Sequence record: NZ_CP106960.1
DNA length: 64,000 bases
Strand: one strand, 5' to 3'
Origin: a plasmid
Both the position numbers and the translations under genes were made by a program. Below are positions 1 through 9,680 of this stretch, piece by piece. The notes under the pieces are model-generated. The model had not been told where the DNA came from. It saw only the letters and a program-made list of their open reading frames with translations, and did not search any database. Every line of letters begins with the position of its first letter. The first letter of the stretch is position 1.

Positions 1-61
1 AAAAAGTCTCCAGTACAGATTTTTTGTGAGTCCGGTCTGCTCGAACAGCCCGGAGTGAAGA

Positions 62-88
62 AGCAGAGTTCGCGCTCTGCTTTTTTAT
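62..88 (+). terminator. Rho-independent terminator-like hairpin (GCAGAG-ttcgcg-CTCTGC followed by T6)
   Basis: Perfect 6-bp stem with a T-run read directly in the sequence. Being palindromic it could act on either strand. Confidence 0.45.
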
Positions 89-289
89 TGCCTGAAATCC
101 GGCAATATCCTGCGCGTCGTCTGACGCAAACCTCCCTAGTCGTCCGGCCTCTTCTGCCGTCGTCCTTTTCGGTTTTTTTGCAATGAGTGAAACGCCCTCA
201 TTACGCTTATGCCCTGACGGGGCGACGACGAAAAGCAGGGGTGGAGGCCGGATTATTTGGAGCCTGCGAGAAAAAATCTGGCCGGAAAG

Positions 290-600
290 CGACAGCGGCC
301 CTTGCTGCACGGAGACGCTCCTTCAGCGTGCATAAGTAATGAGAGGCTTTCACGGCAACGACGGACAGGACGGCAGAAGACGCCGGAAACCCGGCGTTCC
401 CTGGCGACCGCCGGGGCGGTCAGTGAAAGCGGCGCTGCCGGAACGGCAGCTGCAAGCGCAAGGGGTTCAGGCATCGCTTGCTATCCGAATGGACGGAGAC
501 GCGAGCGGCTCCGCGTAGCGCGGTGGACACACGTCCACCACGCGAAGTGCAGGCGACGACCCGGCTACGACGGGGAGCCGAAGGTGCCCGCAGTGTAGTT
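290..600. repeat. Partial, diverged copy of the family-A long repeat (shares the ...ccggaacggc(a/t)gctgcaagcg(c/a)(a/t)aaggggtt... core and the agtgtag end)
   Basis: About 60 bp of clear similarity to positions 3020-3080 and 8100-8160, then divergence. GC-rich, no credible ORF. Confidence 0.4.
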
Positions 601-639
601 CGCAAACAGAAAAACTCGTGCAAAACCATCACTGAAAGT

Positions 640-725
640 CGTCGAAATATAAAATTAAAAAAGTGCAGATATTGCACTTTTATGGATTTATTTTTTGCAT
701 AATTTCGCACTAAAATAAGTGCAGT
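640..725. promoter_or_regulatory. AT-rich promoter/operator region with palindromes AAGTGCAGATATTGCACTT and GCACTAAAATAAGTGC upstream of the HTH gene
   Basis: Inverted repeats read directly. They lie immediately 5' of the 736..1014 XRE-like ORF. Confidence 0.35.
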
Positions 726-735
726 TTTTGCAACT

Positions 736-1014
736 TTGGTGGGTTTCCAGATGACGGGTTACGAGCTGCGTTTGTGGCGAAAAGGCATGGGCTGGAGCAG
801 CGATAAAGCGGCGGAAGAGCTTGGCGTAAGCCTGCGCACCTGGAAAGAGTATGAACAGGCGGCAGAAGTAAAACGGGTCGTAGAACTTGCAACGGTTTCA
901 CTGTCCCTCGCTGCGATCTTCCCCACGTGTAGGCTCCGAAAAACAACTAAAGAGCGTGTGCTTAACATGGTTCTTGCACTCCTGAACTCAGCGGGCCTGA
1001 AGGGGCCGCGCTGA
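736..1014 (+). CDS. Small XRE-family helix-turn-helix DNA-binding protein
   Basis: 92-aa ORF. The motif ...SDKAAEELGVSLRTWKEYEQ... is typical of the XRE HTH family. Palindromic operators lie upstream. Confidence 0.5.
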   Translation: MVGFQMTGYELRLWRKGMGWSSDKAAEELGVSLRTWKEYEQAAEVKRVVELATVSLSLAAIFPTCRLRKTTKERVLNMVLALLNSAGLKGPR

Positions 1015-1033
1015 GCGCCGCCCCTGCCCTTCT

Positions 1034-1864
1034 TCAGGCGGCAACGCCTGCGTTGCGCATAAAGTCCATCATGGCCTTGATCCTGCGCTGGCTGTTAAGC
1101 CTTTCTTCGAAGTTATTCAGGTAATAAGCAGGCGTATATCGCACCAGTTTAAACTGCTTCGTCAGGGTGTTGCCTGTAACCACCTCGGCAGCGATTCCCA
1201 GCAACGAAAGCTGTATAAACGCCATATCAGCCGCAATCGGATCGATATCGATACAGCTGGCAAACAGGTGAGCCGATGGATTGACGTCAGCCTCAAGCAG
1301 GCATTCAGCATAGGCAATAATCATCCCGGCAGAGCCGCAGGCCGGATCGCTTATTGTGGCGATACCCTCCCGTGCTATTTTTTCCTGAATACCGGGGATC
1401 AGCATCCGAGCCATCATCGACTGGACGTAATACGGCGTAAAGTATTGCCCCATCCCGCCCGATCCCAGCTCCAGCTCCATGAAAATCGAGCCAATAAAAT
1501 CATGAAATTTTGCATCCAGAGAGTAATACATCAGGGTGAACAGCTCCTGAAGGTTGCGGATATCGGCTGCATCATACCGGGTCAGGATCTTACGACAGTA
1601 CTCCGCTTTCTCCGGTGTTTTAAGACCCACGATGTCCACTTCCCTGGCGGCCAGCCTGATAAAGTCGCTGAAAACATCCCAGCGGTGAAGGTGTCGGGCG
1701 GTCTGATTGAACAGACGAATAAACTGCTTTCGCGCCGTGTCGATAGACATCAGGCGCGGCGCGGCCGGAGGCTGAGGAACGACCGGCGCCGGCTGCACGG
1801 CAGTGCGGACGGCGTCGCTGTGTTTTACCTGGTCAAAGAAGTCTGCAAAGCTCATCTGGGACAC
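1034..1864 (-). CDS. Plasmid leading-region N6-adenine DNA methyltransferase (HsdM-like orphan methylase)
   Basis: 276 aa. Contains the GQYFTPYYV N6-MTase motif (NPPY/DPPY-class context) and PACGSAGMI (AdoMet-binding, motif I-like). Confidence 0.8.
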   Translation of the reverse strand: MSQMSFADFFDQVKHSDAVRTAVQPAPVVPQPPAAPRLMSIDTARKQFIRLFNQTARHLHRWDVFSDFIRLAAREVDIVGLKTPEKAEYCRKILTRYDAADIRNLQELFTLMYYSLDAKFHDFIGSIFMELELGSGGMGQYFTPYYVQSMMARMLIPGIQEKIAREGIATISDPACGSAGMIIAYAECLLEADVNPSAHLFASCIDIDPIAADMAFIQLSLLGIAAEVVTGNTLTKQFKLVRYTPAYYLNNFEERLNSQRRIKAMMDFMRNAGVAA

Positions 1865-1902
1865 GTTTTTCTCCTGCCGCCCCGTCAGGGGCGGCGTTTT
1901 TA

Positions 1903-2157
1903 TCAGTTAAAGGCGCGTTTCAGTTCGAGCGTGCGCAGGACGTGACCCCAGTCGCTTCCGCACATGGCGGGAATGCGAATGCGGCGTTTCTTTTTAAGGC
2001 AGTGCGCGATATGACGACCGAACGCCCGCAGGGTCGGATCGACCTCGGCACTCGGAATGTCTTCCCGGTTGTGGCGGGTTTGTTTGCGTGTAACCGACGC
2101 CGGGGACTGGACAGACAGCGCGGAGGATGTAACAATCTGGACTTCACTGAATTGCAT
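1903..2157 (-). CDS. Hypothetical leading-region protein (about 84 aa counted from an internal Met)
   Basis: ORF co-directional with the methylase and immediately upstream of it. The start is taken at MQFSEVQ. Confidence 0.35.
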   Translation of the reverse strand: MQFSEVQIVTSSALSVQSPASVTRKQTRHNREDIPSAEVDPTLRAFGRHIAHCLKKKRRIRIPAMCGSDWGHVLRTLELKRAFN

Positions 2158-2241
2158 GGTTTGTTCCTTTTGGTGATGGCCGGATTTTCGTTTCGAGGCG
2201 TACAATCCGGCGTGGATGAAGCAGGCGTAAGCCTGCTTTTT

Positions 2242-2601
2242 TCATTTCTGGCTCAGGCTCTCAGGGCAGAACACCGCTTTCACTTTCGCCACGATATCGG
2301 CGTGGTTCAGGTTGCTGAAGTCACGCAGACGGAAATAGCGCTTACCAAAACGCGCAAAAATGTCCGTGACGTTCCCGCAAATCATTTCTGCCATCATGAA
2401 GGTTTCCGTGTCCTGGGCGGTGTCACAGCTCCAGTTGATCATTGGTGGGCGCAGACCCGCCGCGTCGTGGAACTTGTTCACGTCGATCTCGACAGGTGCG
2501 AGAAGCGCCTTCGTCTCACGGCTGCGCCAGTACGCATGCTCAGCTTCGGCGGTGGCGTTCATATCCAGAGAGGCGAATGAATCAGTTGTCTGTAAATGCA
2601 T
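2242..2601 (-). CDS. Hypothetical leading-region protein, 119 aa
   Basis: ORF directly downstream (minus strand) of family-A repeat copy 1. The gene order and the 1-nt spacing to the repeat suggest it is expressed from it. Confidence 0.5.
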   Translation of the reverse strand: MHLQTTDSFASLDMNATAEAEHAYWRSRETKALLAPVEIDVNKFHDAAGLRPPMINWSCDTAQDTETFMMAEMICGNVTDIFARFGKRYFRLRDFSNLNHADIVAKVKAVFCPESLSQK

Positions 2602-2625
2602 GGTTTGTCTCCTTTTCAGTTTTCA

Positions 2626-3148
2626 CATCACCCGTTGAGTTACGGGAGCCGCGGTTTTGACGTTTTGCGGGAACCTGCTGAAGTTTCCCGGGGGATAAAA
2701 CATCACCCGTTTGAGAACCTTCGCCGCAGGTGCGTAAACGCCACGGGCCGAGGCAGATGTCCGGGGCGGACGCCTGAAGTTTTCGCATGCGAAAAGTTTT
2801 GGTGGTCGTGCGCCAGCATTCACCCTGGACAGCCAGGAGGACTGTGGTGTTCTCAGCACCCGGCGGAGGGACTCAAAGGGGTGAAAAGGGACCGGACGGA
2901 ATGGGCAGGGGCCCGCCGCAATGACGGAAAGCCGCGCGCGGCGAAACGGCGTTGCCCCCTACATCACGGCGCGTCTTCTGGTGACGGGATGCAGGGAGCG
3001 CAGGAACGGCGCGACTGAGCGGCGCAGCCGGAACGGCTGCTGCAAGCGATAAGGGGTTGCGTCAGGATGGAAACCCGCTGCCCCGGAGGGGCCGGGCAGA
3101 GACGGCGAAGCTGGCTCTGTGCGTAGCATGACAGCCGCCCGGACGCCC
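2626..3148. repeat. Family-A long direct repeat copy 1 (about 523 bp; ssDNA-promoter/ssi-like element of the leading region)
   Basis: About 97% identical to 7699..8221. GC-rich with internal inverted repeats. Lies upstream of a minus-strand gene block. Confidence 0.7.
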
Positions 3149-3428
3149 AGTGTAGAAAAGAAAAGACGATGAAACGAATTAGGTACTATGCCCTGATCGA
3201 CGGGAGACTCTGTAGGGGGATAGTGCCCGACGCCAGGGAGTGGAGCGACGCGCCGCAGGCGCGTTGCCCTGCCCCGTTCGGCCTTCCGGTTTGTTCATGC
3301 GAGCGGTCGCGACCGTAAGGAAAAAGGGGCTGCCGGTAAACCGGCACCCCCTTCATAAAGGCGCTTGTGGTAAATTAGATCACACCAGAAGCCCTGAAAA
3401 GGCGGGGTTTCCCCCGCCTCACAGGTTG

Positions 3429-3587
3429 CTACTTACCGGATTCGTAGGCTAGCACGGCAGCGACCTCCCGTTTTCCGTCCTTTAAGCGAATTTCGCAAAG
3501 CGATTTCCGCGTCAGGTAAGTGAATGCCAGCAGTGTGAGACACACTATCAGTACGCACCAGATAACGGTACTTCGCGGCAGTTTCAT
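3429..3587 (-). CDS. hok: Hok-family host-killing toxin (52 aa)
   Basis: [52 protein letters not shown] is near-identical in pattern to R1 Hok and F FlmA. Confidence 0.85.
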   Translation of the reverse strand: MKLPRSTVIWCVLIVCLTLLAFTYLTRKSLCEIRLKDGKREVAAVLAYESGK

Positions 3588-3644
3588 AGCCTTCTTCTCC
3601 TTGCGCAGAGCGCAGTAAGCGGCTAATCTAGATGTGTCTAGCAT
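3429..3644 (-). CDS. mok: Mok (modulation of killing) overlapping reading frame
   Basis: 71-aa ORF in the same frame extending 5' of hok, as in hok/mok/sok loci. Confidence 0.6.
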   Translation of the reverse strand: MLDTSRLAAYCALRKEKKAMKLPRSTVIWCVLIVCLTLLAFTYLTRKSLCEIRLKDGKREVAAVLAYESGK

Positions 3645-3660
3645 GTAGATCGGCCTCGGG
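3595..3660 (+). ncRNA. sok: Sok-like antisense RNA (position inferred only)
   Basis: By analogy with hok/sok, the antisense RNA overlaps the mok start on the opposite strand. Promoter not verified. Confidence 0.25.
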
Positions 3661-3832
3661 TTAATTTGAAAAAAATTACTCGGGGCTTTTCTCTTTCTGC
3701 CTCACAGCATCCAAACCACTGAAACGTATGAGGCAAAAAGCCTCAAGCGCCAACGCCATTATATCCTTCTGTCGATGTTCTGCCCAGGAATACCCGCCTG
3801 AAACCCGGATAAATCCTCACCTTTTTTCGGCA

Positions 3833-4063
3833 TTATTCCCCGTTACCGGTTCCGTTTGCCCACTCGTCGATCTGCTCATCCAGCGCCTTCAGATGCTGAT
3901 CAACGCTTTCAGCAAGCCGCTCGCTTTCCGTCTCCAGCCAGCCGCTAAGTCCGTCCCATTGACATGACATTTTATTCAGCTTTTCTAACATGCTTTGCAG
4001 CTGTCTACGCTGTCTGCGTGCTGTCTTCAGCTCTGCTTTACAGGGATTGTTTCTTATGGCCAT
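3833..4063 (-). CDS. Hypothetical 76-aa protein between psiA and hok (FlmC-position ORF)
   Basis: ORF only. Its position matches the flm locus of F-like leading regions. Confidence 0.35.
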   Translation of the reverse strand: MAIRNNPCKAELKTARRQRRQLQSMLEKLNKMSCQWDGLSGWLETESERLAESVDQHLKALDEQIDEWANGTGNGE

Positions 4064-4785
4064 ACCGACCTCAGCGTAATTTTATTCGGTACCATCCAGC
4101 GCTCCAGCTCTTTCGCCACCGGTGACGCGTTCTCCGCCACATCCCGCACGTCAGCAACGATTTCATACGCCCGGTCGTACCAGCTTCTGACCAGATGAGA
4201 GAGCGACGGACAGCGTTCTGTCCATGCCCACAGCATCCGCTGCATGTCATAGTCCCGGACATCTTGCTGCGACCACGATTCATACCATGCCTGGAGCGTT
4301 TCCGGCGTCTGGAATGCCAGATCGATCTCAGCCTGACCGACCAGATTCTGGTACGCATCCTCTTTCTCGCGCGCGCGCCGAGTTTCCTGACGGGTGTACA
4401 GGTCCGCTTCTCGCCTGTCCCGCTTTACCCTGCGATCGCTCAGACTGAATGCCTTCTCAGGAAACATGATTTGCACCAGTCGCGTATCCAGCGGCGCATA
4501 GCAGTGGCGACCCCGCGAGCGAATCAGGGTATCAAACGCTTCCTCATAGCGTACCAGGGGGGTCTTGTCCTCTTTCAGCCAGTAGACCCCCGGCACCTGA
4601 TTGATTGATCGAGTACTTAACTTACTGCTGCCGGTCAGAATCCGGAAAAATGCACGAGCATAGGGATACGGCTGCCGGGAACGACGACCAGAATTTTCCG
4701 TCTCCTCTTCCACGATCATGATGGCGCGTAGAGCCGCTTCACGCTCGGGCCGCTGCGTGACGAGTGAGAGATGACGCGGGATCAT
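4054..4785 (-). CDS. psiA: Plasmid SOS inhibition protein A
   Basis: 243 aa, immediately downstream of psiB with a 4-nt overlap. Size and position as in F and R100. Confidence 0.8.
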   Translation of the reverse strand: MIPRHLSLVTQRPEREAALRAIMIVEEETENSGRRSRQPYPYARAFFRILTGSSKLSTRSINQVPGVYWLKEDKTPLVRYEEAFDTLIRSRGRHCYAPLDTRLVQIMFPEKAFSLSDRRVKRDRREADLYTRQETRRAREKEDAYQNLVGQAEIDLAFQTPETLQAWYESWSQQDVRDYDMQRMLWAWTERCPSLSHLVRSWYDRAYEIVADVRDVAENASPVAKELERWMVPNKITLRSVWP

Positions 4786-5210
4786 AATTTCACCTCATGC
4801 TTCAGGAAGGCGATGATGTCGGAAGGGATATAGCCATCACGGTGGCGTACATCTGCCACACTCAGGGCGTGATTCAGTTCTGACACGTTGAAATAGTCGC
4901 ACTGGCGAACGCAAACCACGTGATGGCCCTTTCCTGACATCATCAACAGAAGCCACTGGTCACTGGCCTCTCCCGGACTGCACAGCACCATCTGAAAGAG
5001 ACCGTGGGTCGGTGCGAAACGGACCTGAACCGGGAACAGCCCACCGAACTCGCTACCGTACTCCCCGAGAATGTCCCAGTTATCCGGGAGTCTCAGCGCC
5101 ACCATTACGGTATGAGTCAGTTCGCGGCGGAAGGAATAGCCTGCCGAGCGGGCAGTTTCGAAATCATCGGCGGTCATCTCTGCCAGGCTGAAATTTGTTG
5201 TGCTCATCAT
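4782..5210 (-). CDS. psiB: Plasmid SOS inhibition protein B
   Basis: 142 aa. RRELTHTVMVALRLPDNWDILGEYGSEFGGLFPVQVRFAPTHGLFQMVLCSPGE closely matches PsiB of F. Confidence 0.9.
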   Translation of the reverse strand: MMSTTNFSLAEMTADDFETARSAGYSFRRELTHTVMVALRLPDNWDILGEYGSEFGGLFPVQVRFAPTHGLFQMVLCSPGEASDQWLLLMMSGKGHHVVCVRQCDYFNVSELNHALSVADVRHRDGYIPSDIIAFLKHEVKL

Positions 5211-5248
5211 GTTCTCCTTATTGCCGCCCCGAAGGGCGGCACTCCTTA

Positions 5249-7264
5249 TCAGGCAGCCAGTGTGGTGTTGTCAGCGTCGGTTTCGGTGTCAACGGAAGCG
5301 GTCTCTTTCACAGCGTCAGACTGCGGACCCTGTAGCCATGCCGGAACCCAGCGGGTATCTTTCAGCCAGAACTCAGCATGTTCCGCCGCGTCGCCCTTTT
5401 TCATTTTCTCGGCGTCCTTCGCTGCCCCGACACTTCCGGCATCATTCATTGCGGCCACAATCTGGCTGTGCGTGAGGCTGCTGAAATATCCCACTTTTGT
5501 TGGTTGCCACCAGTCACGCAGATGGAAGCCAATCGCCTTTTCCAGATCGTCGAGTGGGCTGCGCGACGTATGCCCCATATCGCGGGTCTGAACACCGTCA
5601 ACGGAACAGGCCGTGCAATACGCCATGAGCGACATCAGCAAATCACCTTTCAGGCTAAAGAAGGTTGTGAAATCCTTACGCCATCCTTCCGGCAGCAGTT
5701 CTTCCAGTCGGGCCTGTTCTGTCATCAGCGCGGTGTAAGCGAGGCCCTCATTTCCGGATGGGGCTTCGCGCGTCAGCGAGTAGTGCGAGACGTTAACGCT
5801 GATCCCGAAAGGATGCTTTTGTGGGCTGTAGCCGGAGAAAACGCTACAGCACATACGCCAGACCATCAGGGGAACGGCTTTTTCAGGCTGTTGCATCAGC
5901 GCAGCCTGGACAGCGAGAGTACGCTCAGATGACATTTTGGTGAGTAGCGGAACGCTGATCCCTTCTGCGGCATCGGGCTGACTTACATATGTGACGCTGC
6001 CTGACGCTTTCTTATCTTCATTCTCTGCGTCATCCTCCGGCAGATCAGCCTTACGGCACACGCCACGCTGCACGTACAGCTCACCCTCCATAAAGCTGGC
6101 TACCACGCCAGCATTCGACTTAAGCGCATCAGTCCATCCACGCACTTCTGCGGCATGTTCAATGAGGTTCATTTCGCTCAGGGCGGCGTAAGCCTCGTCA
6201 CTGTTCTCGTCGAGTGCATTAAGCTGATCGGTCAGTTCATCCAGACGACGGCTGTCATCCGGGTTGTATACCGCATCCGGCACCGGAAGCAGCAGGTAGT
6301 CGTTATCATTTGTACCGTAACGGCTAATTCTGGACGGACGGCCCATCGCCCATGCCCAGCCCTCTTTCTGCTGGATTTCGAGGGCAATTTTGTCCAGTTT
6401 TTCGGCCATCAGGGTGTCAACAAGCAGCCTGTCGACGGTCCCGTCGCCCTCCTGCGCGCTGAATAAATCTTCACGGACCACACCACCTGCCAGCTCGTAC
6501 GCCTCACGACCGATGAAGCCAAAACGGGCATCCGTAACGGCGATTTCACTCTCGGTGATCTGCCTTTTGACTAAATGGGCTGACGCACAGGAATAAGTCG
6601 CCATCAGGTTTTCATACACGGCGACCTGACGAACCTGATCGCTTTCAAGGCACAGCGCCTGACACTGCTCCATATCAAGCTTGTCTTCTGCCAGCAGTTT
6701 CAGCAGTGACGGTGCGAGGGTGGCGAGTTTCAGCATGCGCTGTACATGGCGGGAGCCGAACCCCAGTTCATCACCAATCTGCGAAGCGGTTTTGCCCATC
6801 TCAGCCAGGGTGCGGAAGCTCGTGATTTGCTCTGCCGGGTGCATTGCCACACGCTGCTCATTTTCCGCATGAGATGCCGCAGCGGCGATTTCGCGCGATA
6901 CGCGTTTAACAGGCACCACGTCGTCCGGCTGGATCAGGTTGTCTTCAAGGAGCAGCGCAAGGGCCGTGGTACGGCGACCGCCACAGGCCACGCCGGATTT
7001 ACAGTCTGGCATATCATGGACAACGAGGTTCTGAAGCAGACCAATCGCAGCAATGGACGCAGCCAGTCCGCGAACGCTCTCCTTTGAATAGGGAATGGTT
7101 CTGGCATTCAGGTCTGAAATGACCAGATTTTTGACTTTCTCATACTCGATCGGTGTGGCATCGAGGATGGATTTCAGCACCTCCGGCGCGATGGCCTGCG
7201 CAGGGCTGGCTTTCTTACGGCTGGATTGTTTAGGGCTTTTTGCTTTAGACTCGGCAACTGACAT
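5249..7264 (-). CDS. ParB-like nuclease-domain protein of the leading region (671 aa)
   Basis: N-terminal ParB/Srx-like region (ISDLNARTIPY..., GGRRTTALA). Size and position as the about 650-aa ParB homologue of IncF leading regions. Confidence 0.8.
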   Translation of the reverse strand: MSVAESKAKSPKQSSRKKASPAQAIAPEVLKSILDATPIEYEKVKNLVISDLNARTIPYSKESVRGLAASIAAIGLLQNLVVHDMPDCKSGVACGGRRTTALALLLEDNLIQPDDVVPVKRVSREIAAAASHAENEQRVAMHPAEQITSFRTLAEMGKTASQIGDELGFGSRHVQRMLKLATLAPSLLKLLAEDKLDMEQCQALCLESDQVRQVAVYENLMATYSCASAHLVKRQITESEIAVTDARFGFIGREAYELAGGVVREDLFSAQEGDGTVDRLLVDTLMAEKLDKIALEIQQKEGWAWAMGRPSRISRYGTNDNDYLLLPVPDAVYNPDDSRRLDELTDQLNALDENSDEAYAALSEMNLIEHAAEVRGWTDALKSNAGVVASFMEGELYVQRGVCRKADLPEDDAENEDKKASGSVTYVSQPDAAEGISVPLLTKMSSERTLAVQAALMQQPEKAVPLMVWRMCCSVFSGYSPQKHPFGISVNVSHYSLTREAPSGNEGLAYTALMTEQARLEELLPEGWRKDFTTFFSLKGDLLMSLMAYCTACSVDGVQTRDMGHTSRSPLDDLEKAIGFHLRDWWQPTKVGYFSSLTHSQIVAAMNDAGSVGAAKDAEKMKKGDAAEHAEFWLKDTRWVPAWLQGPQSDAVKETASVDTETDADNTTLAA

Positions 7265-7336
7265 AGTTAATACCTCCGGTGTTAATGATTGTCCGGCCCT
7301 GCGGAGTGACCGCTCCGGCAGGGCACCTTCATACTG

Positions 7337-7660
7337 CTATTTTCTGAATCCGTAGCTTGCAAGTGCGCGATTCATCCACGCCCCGCCATCTTTCTGGAAA
7401 TTCCATACACGCTCTTTCAACATCCCGTCTTCATCACGGACAACAAGCTGAAAATGCGTTTTCTGATCGTTCTCAATACCGACGTTGGTGTACTGCGCCG
7501 CAACAGCCCTCGCCTCTTCTCGGGTAAATGCCCCTTCAGGCAGCACCACAGGCGCGGTGGCAACGTCAGCGTTCAGCAATGCCGCTAGTTCAAGTTCTTC
7601 AGCGGTCGGTTCGCGTAGCGACACGGACTGATTCAGAAATTCCTGTAATGTTTTGCCCAC
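7337..7660 (-). CDS. Hypothetical leading-region protein, 107 aa
   Basis: First ORF downstream (minus strand) of family-A repeat copy 2. Confidence 0.5.
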   Translation of the reverse strand: MGKTLQEFLNQSVSLREPTAEELELAALLNADVATAPVVLPEGAFTREEARAVAAQYTNVGIENDQKTHFQLVVRDEDGMLKERVWNFQKDGGAWMNRALASYGFRK

Positions 7661-7698
7661 TGCATTTCTCCTGATAAAAGGGTCTGGCCTTTAAAACC

Positions 7699-8221
7699 CA
7701 TCACCCGTTGAGTTACGGGAGCCGCGGTTTTGACGTTTTGCGGGAACCTGCTGAAGTTTCCCGGGGGATAAAACATCACCCGTTTGAGAACCTTCGCCGC
7801 AGGTGCGTCAACGCCACGGGCCGAGGCAGATGTCCGGGGCGGACGCCTGAAGTTTTCGCATGCGAAAAGTTTTGGTGGCCGTGCGCCAGCATTCACCCTG
7901 GACAGCCAGGAGGACTGTGGTGTTCTCAGCACCCGGCGGAGGGACTCAAAGGGGTGAAAAAGGACCGGACGGAATGGGCAGGGGCCCGCCGCAATGACGG
8001 AAAGCCGCGCGCGGCGAAACGGCGTTGCCCCCTACATCACGGCGCGGTTTCCGGCGACGGGATGCAGGGAGCGCAGGAACGGCGCGACTGAGCGGCGCAG
8101 CCGGAACGGCTGCTGCAAGCGATAAGGGGTTGCGTCAGGATGGAAACCCGCTGCCCCGGAGGGGCCGGGCAGAGACGGCGCAGCCGGCTCTGTGCGGAGC
8201 ATGACAGCCGCCCGGACGCCC
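7699..8221. repeat. Family-A long direct repeat copy 2 (about 523 bp)
   Basis: About 97% identical to 2626..3148 by eye, with a few SNPs. Confidence 0.7.
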
Positions 8222-8271
8222 GGGGCAGCAAAAAAAAGCCGGAAAAACTAACTGTTATCTTGCTGAAAATT

Positions 8272-8526
8272 TTATTTTTTATTCGCTTCAGCCATCTCAG
8301 CATATTGCGGGTCGCTCGCTTTCGGCAACTGCAGGCTCAGCTGGCGGTAGTGGCGCAGCCTTTCCATAAAATACTCGCGAAGATGCACCGGCTGCTCGCG
8401 CGCGATAATTTCAGGTACCACCGGCTGATTCAGGCGCTCTTTAAACGCGACGCCCGACGCGGCCAGATCTACCGCCACCTTGTCCTGATCCTCTTTTGAT
8501 AGTTTTGAAAGATTAATTTCGCTCAT
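8272..8526 (-). CDS. Hypothetical small protein, 84 aa
   Basis: ORF in the operon downstream of ardA. Confidence 0.4.
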   Translation of the reverse strand: MSEINLSKLSKEDQDKVAVDLAASGVAFKERLNQPVVPEIIAREQPVHLREYFMERLRHYRQLSLQLPKASDPQYAEMAEANKK

Positions 8527-8683
8527 ATTTTTACCTTGTTAATTTTTTTACTGACCTGCGCTGCCAGATCATGCAGGGCGGCGTGTCGCGGCGCCGAAGG
8601 CGCAGTGACAGCCGCCGGCAGGCAAGGCCTGCCCGGGTTTTCCCACGGGCTGACAGGCGGAGGTGCCGCCTGCCTGGATCACC

Positions 8684-8872
8684 TTAACGTTGATCCTGCC
8701 GGATAAACTGTCCGCCTATGTATACCGCAGACTGGCAGCTCATAAAATGGCAAATTTCGTCGATCACTTCTTCGGTTCTCAGCTCCCGTAATCCGGCCTC
8801 ACGGCGGCCGGCGTTAATTCGTTTTTTGTACTGACGCAGGATGTCACGGGTTTGTGTATCAAGTTTCATCAT
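8684..8872 (-). CDS. Hypothetical small protein, 62 aa
   Basis: ORF immediately downstream of ardA. Confidence 0.3.
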   Translation of the reverse strand: MMKLDTQTRDILRQYKKRINAGRREAGLRELRTEEVIDEICHFMSCQSAVYIGGQFIRQDQR

Positions 8873-8913
8873 TCTGTCCTTTTATGCAGGGGGACTATCC
8901 CCCTGCCCTTAAA

Positions 8914-9414
8914 TCAGTTCTGAAAAACGTGGCCTTCCAGGAACACCAGACCGTTCATAAACATATCCCGGCCGTAAGCATCATAATCAAAGTAACCGCG
9001 CAGCGATTCAGGCACCTCATTAAGCAAGCCGTGCTCCTGCACGTAGTCATACGCATAATCTTCCTCGCTTGCGGCTTCACCACACCAGGCATCTTCAAAC
9101 GCGTCGTAATCACATTCACCGGTGAACTCCACCCAGGCAATGAAAGCCTCGTCCTTACCGTCATCAACCGCGCGCTTGTAGGCCTCAATAAAAGCCCAGT
9201 CAACCGAGCTTTCTGAAGCAAATTTATCCGGAATGCCCTCCCAGTCCTGGAACATCAGTTCCGGATCGGATTCGTTTGCGTGCAACGCATGGCATGCCTC
9301 CATAAAATCTGACTTATCGTCAAAATCGGTGAGATCGAACCATTTACCGAAGAGACTGCCGCAGTTGTATTTGTGGTAAGTACCAACATAAATCGCCGGG
9401 GTGGTAGTGCTCAT
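8914..9414 (-). CDS. ardA: Antirestriction protein ArdA (type I R-M inhibitor, DNA mimic), 166 aa
   Basis: MSTTTPAIYVGTYHKYNCGSLFGKWFDLTDFDDKSDFMEACHALH...ELMFQDWEGIP is the classic ArdA N-terminus. The ORF-track 5' extension runs into the repeat and is rejected. Confidence 0.9.
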   Translation of the reverse strand: MSTTTPAIYVGTYHKYNCGSLFGKWFDLTDFDDKSDFMEACHALHANESDPELMFQDWEGIPDKFASESSVDWAFIEAYKRAVDDGKDEAFIAWVEFTGECDYDAFEDAWCGEAASEEDYAYDYVQEHGLLNEVPESLRGYFDYDAYGRDMFMNGLVFLEGHVFQN

Positions 9415-9454
9415 AAAAATCCTCCGTTGCCAGTGTCGTCTGAGTTCCGGCTTA

Positions 9455-9680
9455 CGCCGTGCCGACACGACAGCCCGACTTCGAGCGGAAGATGCAAGGG
9501 CGACACCGCAGGCCGCAGCGCAGATAAAAGCGAGGACGTTCTGGACGGTTCTCCCGCGAAACCTGAGCGGGAGAACGACGGGAAGAACGGCATCAGGCGT
9601 AAAAATCTGCGACCGGGCGAGGATGGCGGCGAAGCGACCCCTTGCATCTGGAGCGTTCGGGCTAAAGTGAAGGCACGGCG
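9455..9680. repeat. Family-B hairpin repeat copy 1 (about 226 bp; the ends cgccgtgcc...ggcacggcg form a long imperfect inverted repeat)
   Basis: Three copies in the window. Internal long-stem inverted symmetry. Located 40 nt upstream of ardA. Confidence 0.75.

Noticed and set aside
600-730. AT-rich palindromic region considered as the plasmid oriT/nic site
   Set aside because: No recognisable F-type nic sequence or relaxase/traM genes are adjacent. It is more simply explained as the operator of the downstream HTH gene.
2596-3018. 140-aa and 127-aa ORFs (also 7708..8091, 2623..2859, 7633..7932) lying inside the family-A repeats
   Set aside because: They are duplicated because the DNA repeat is duplicated. 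GC-rich sequence yields long spurious frames. They have no RBS and no coding periodicity that I could see. Interpreted as non-coding structured DNA.
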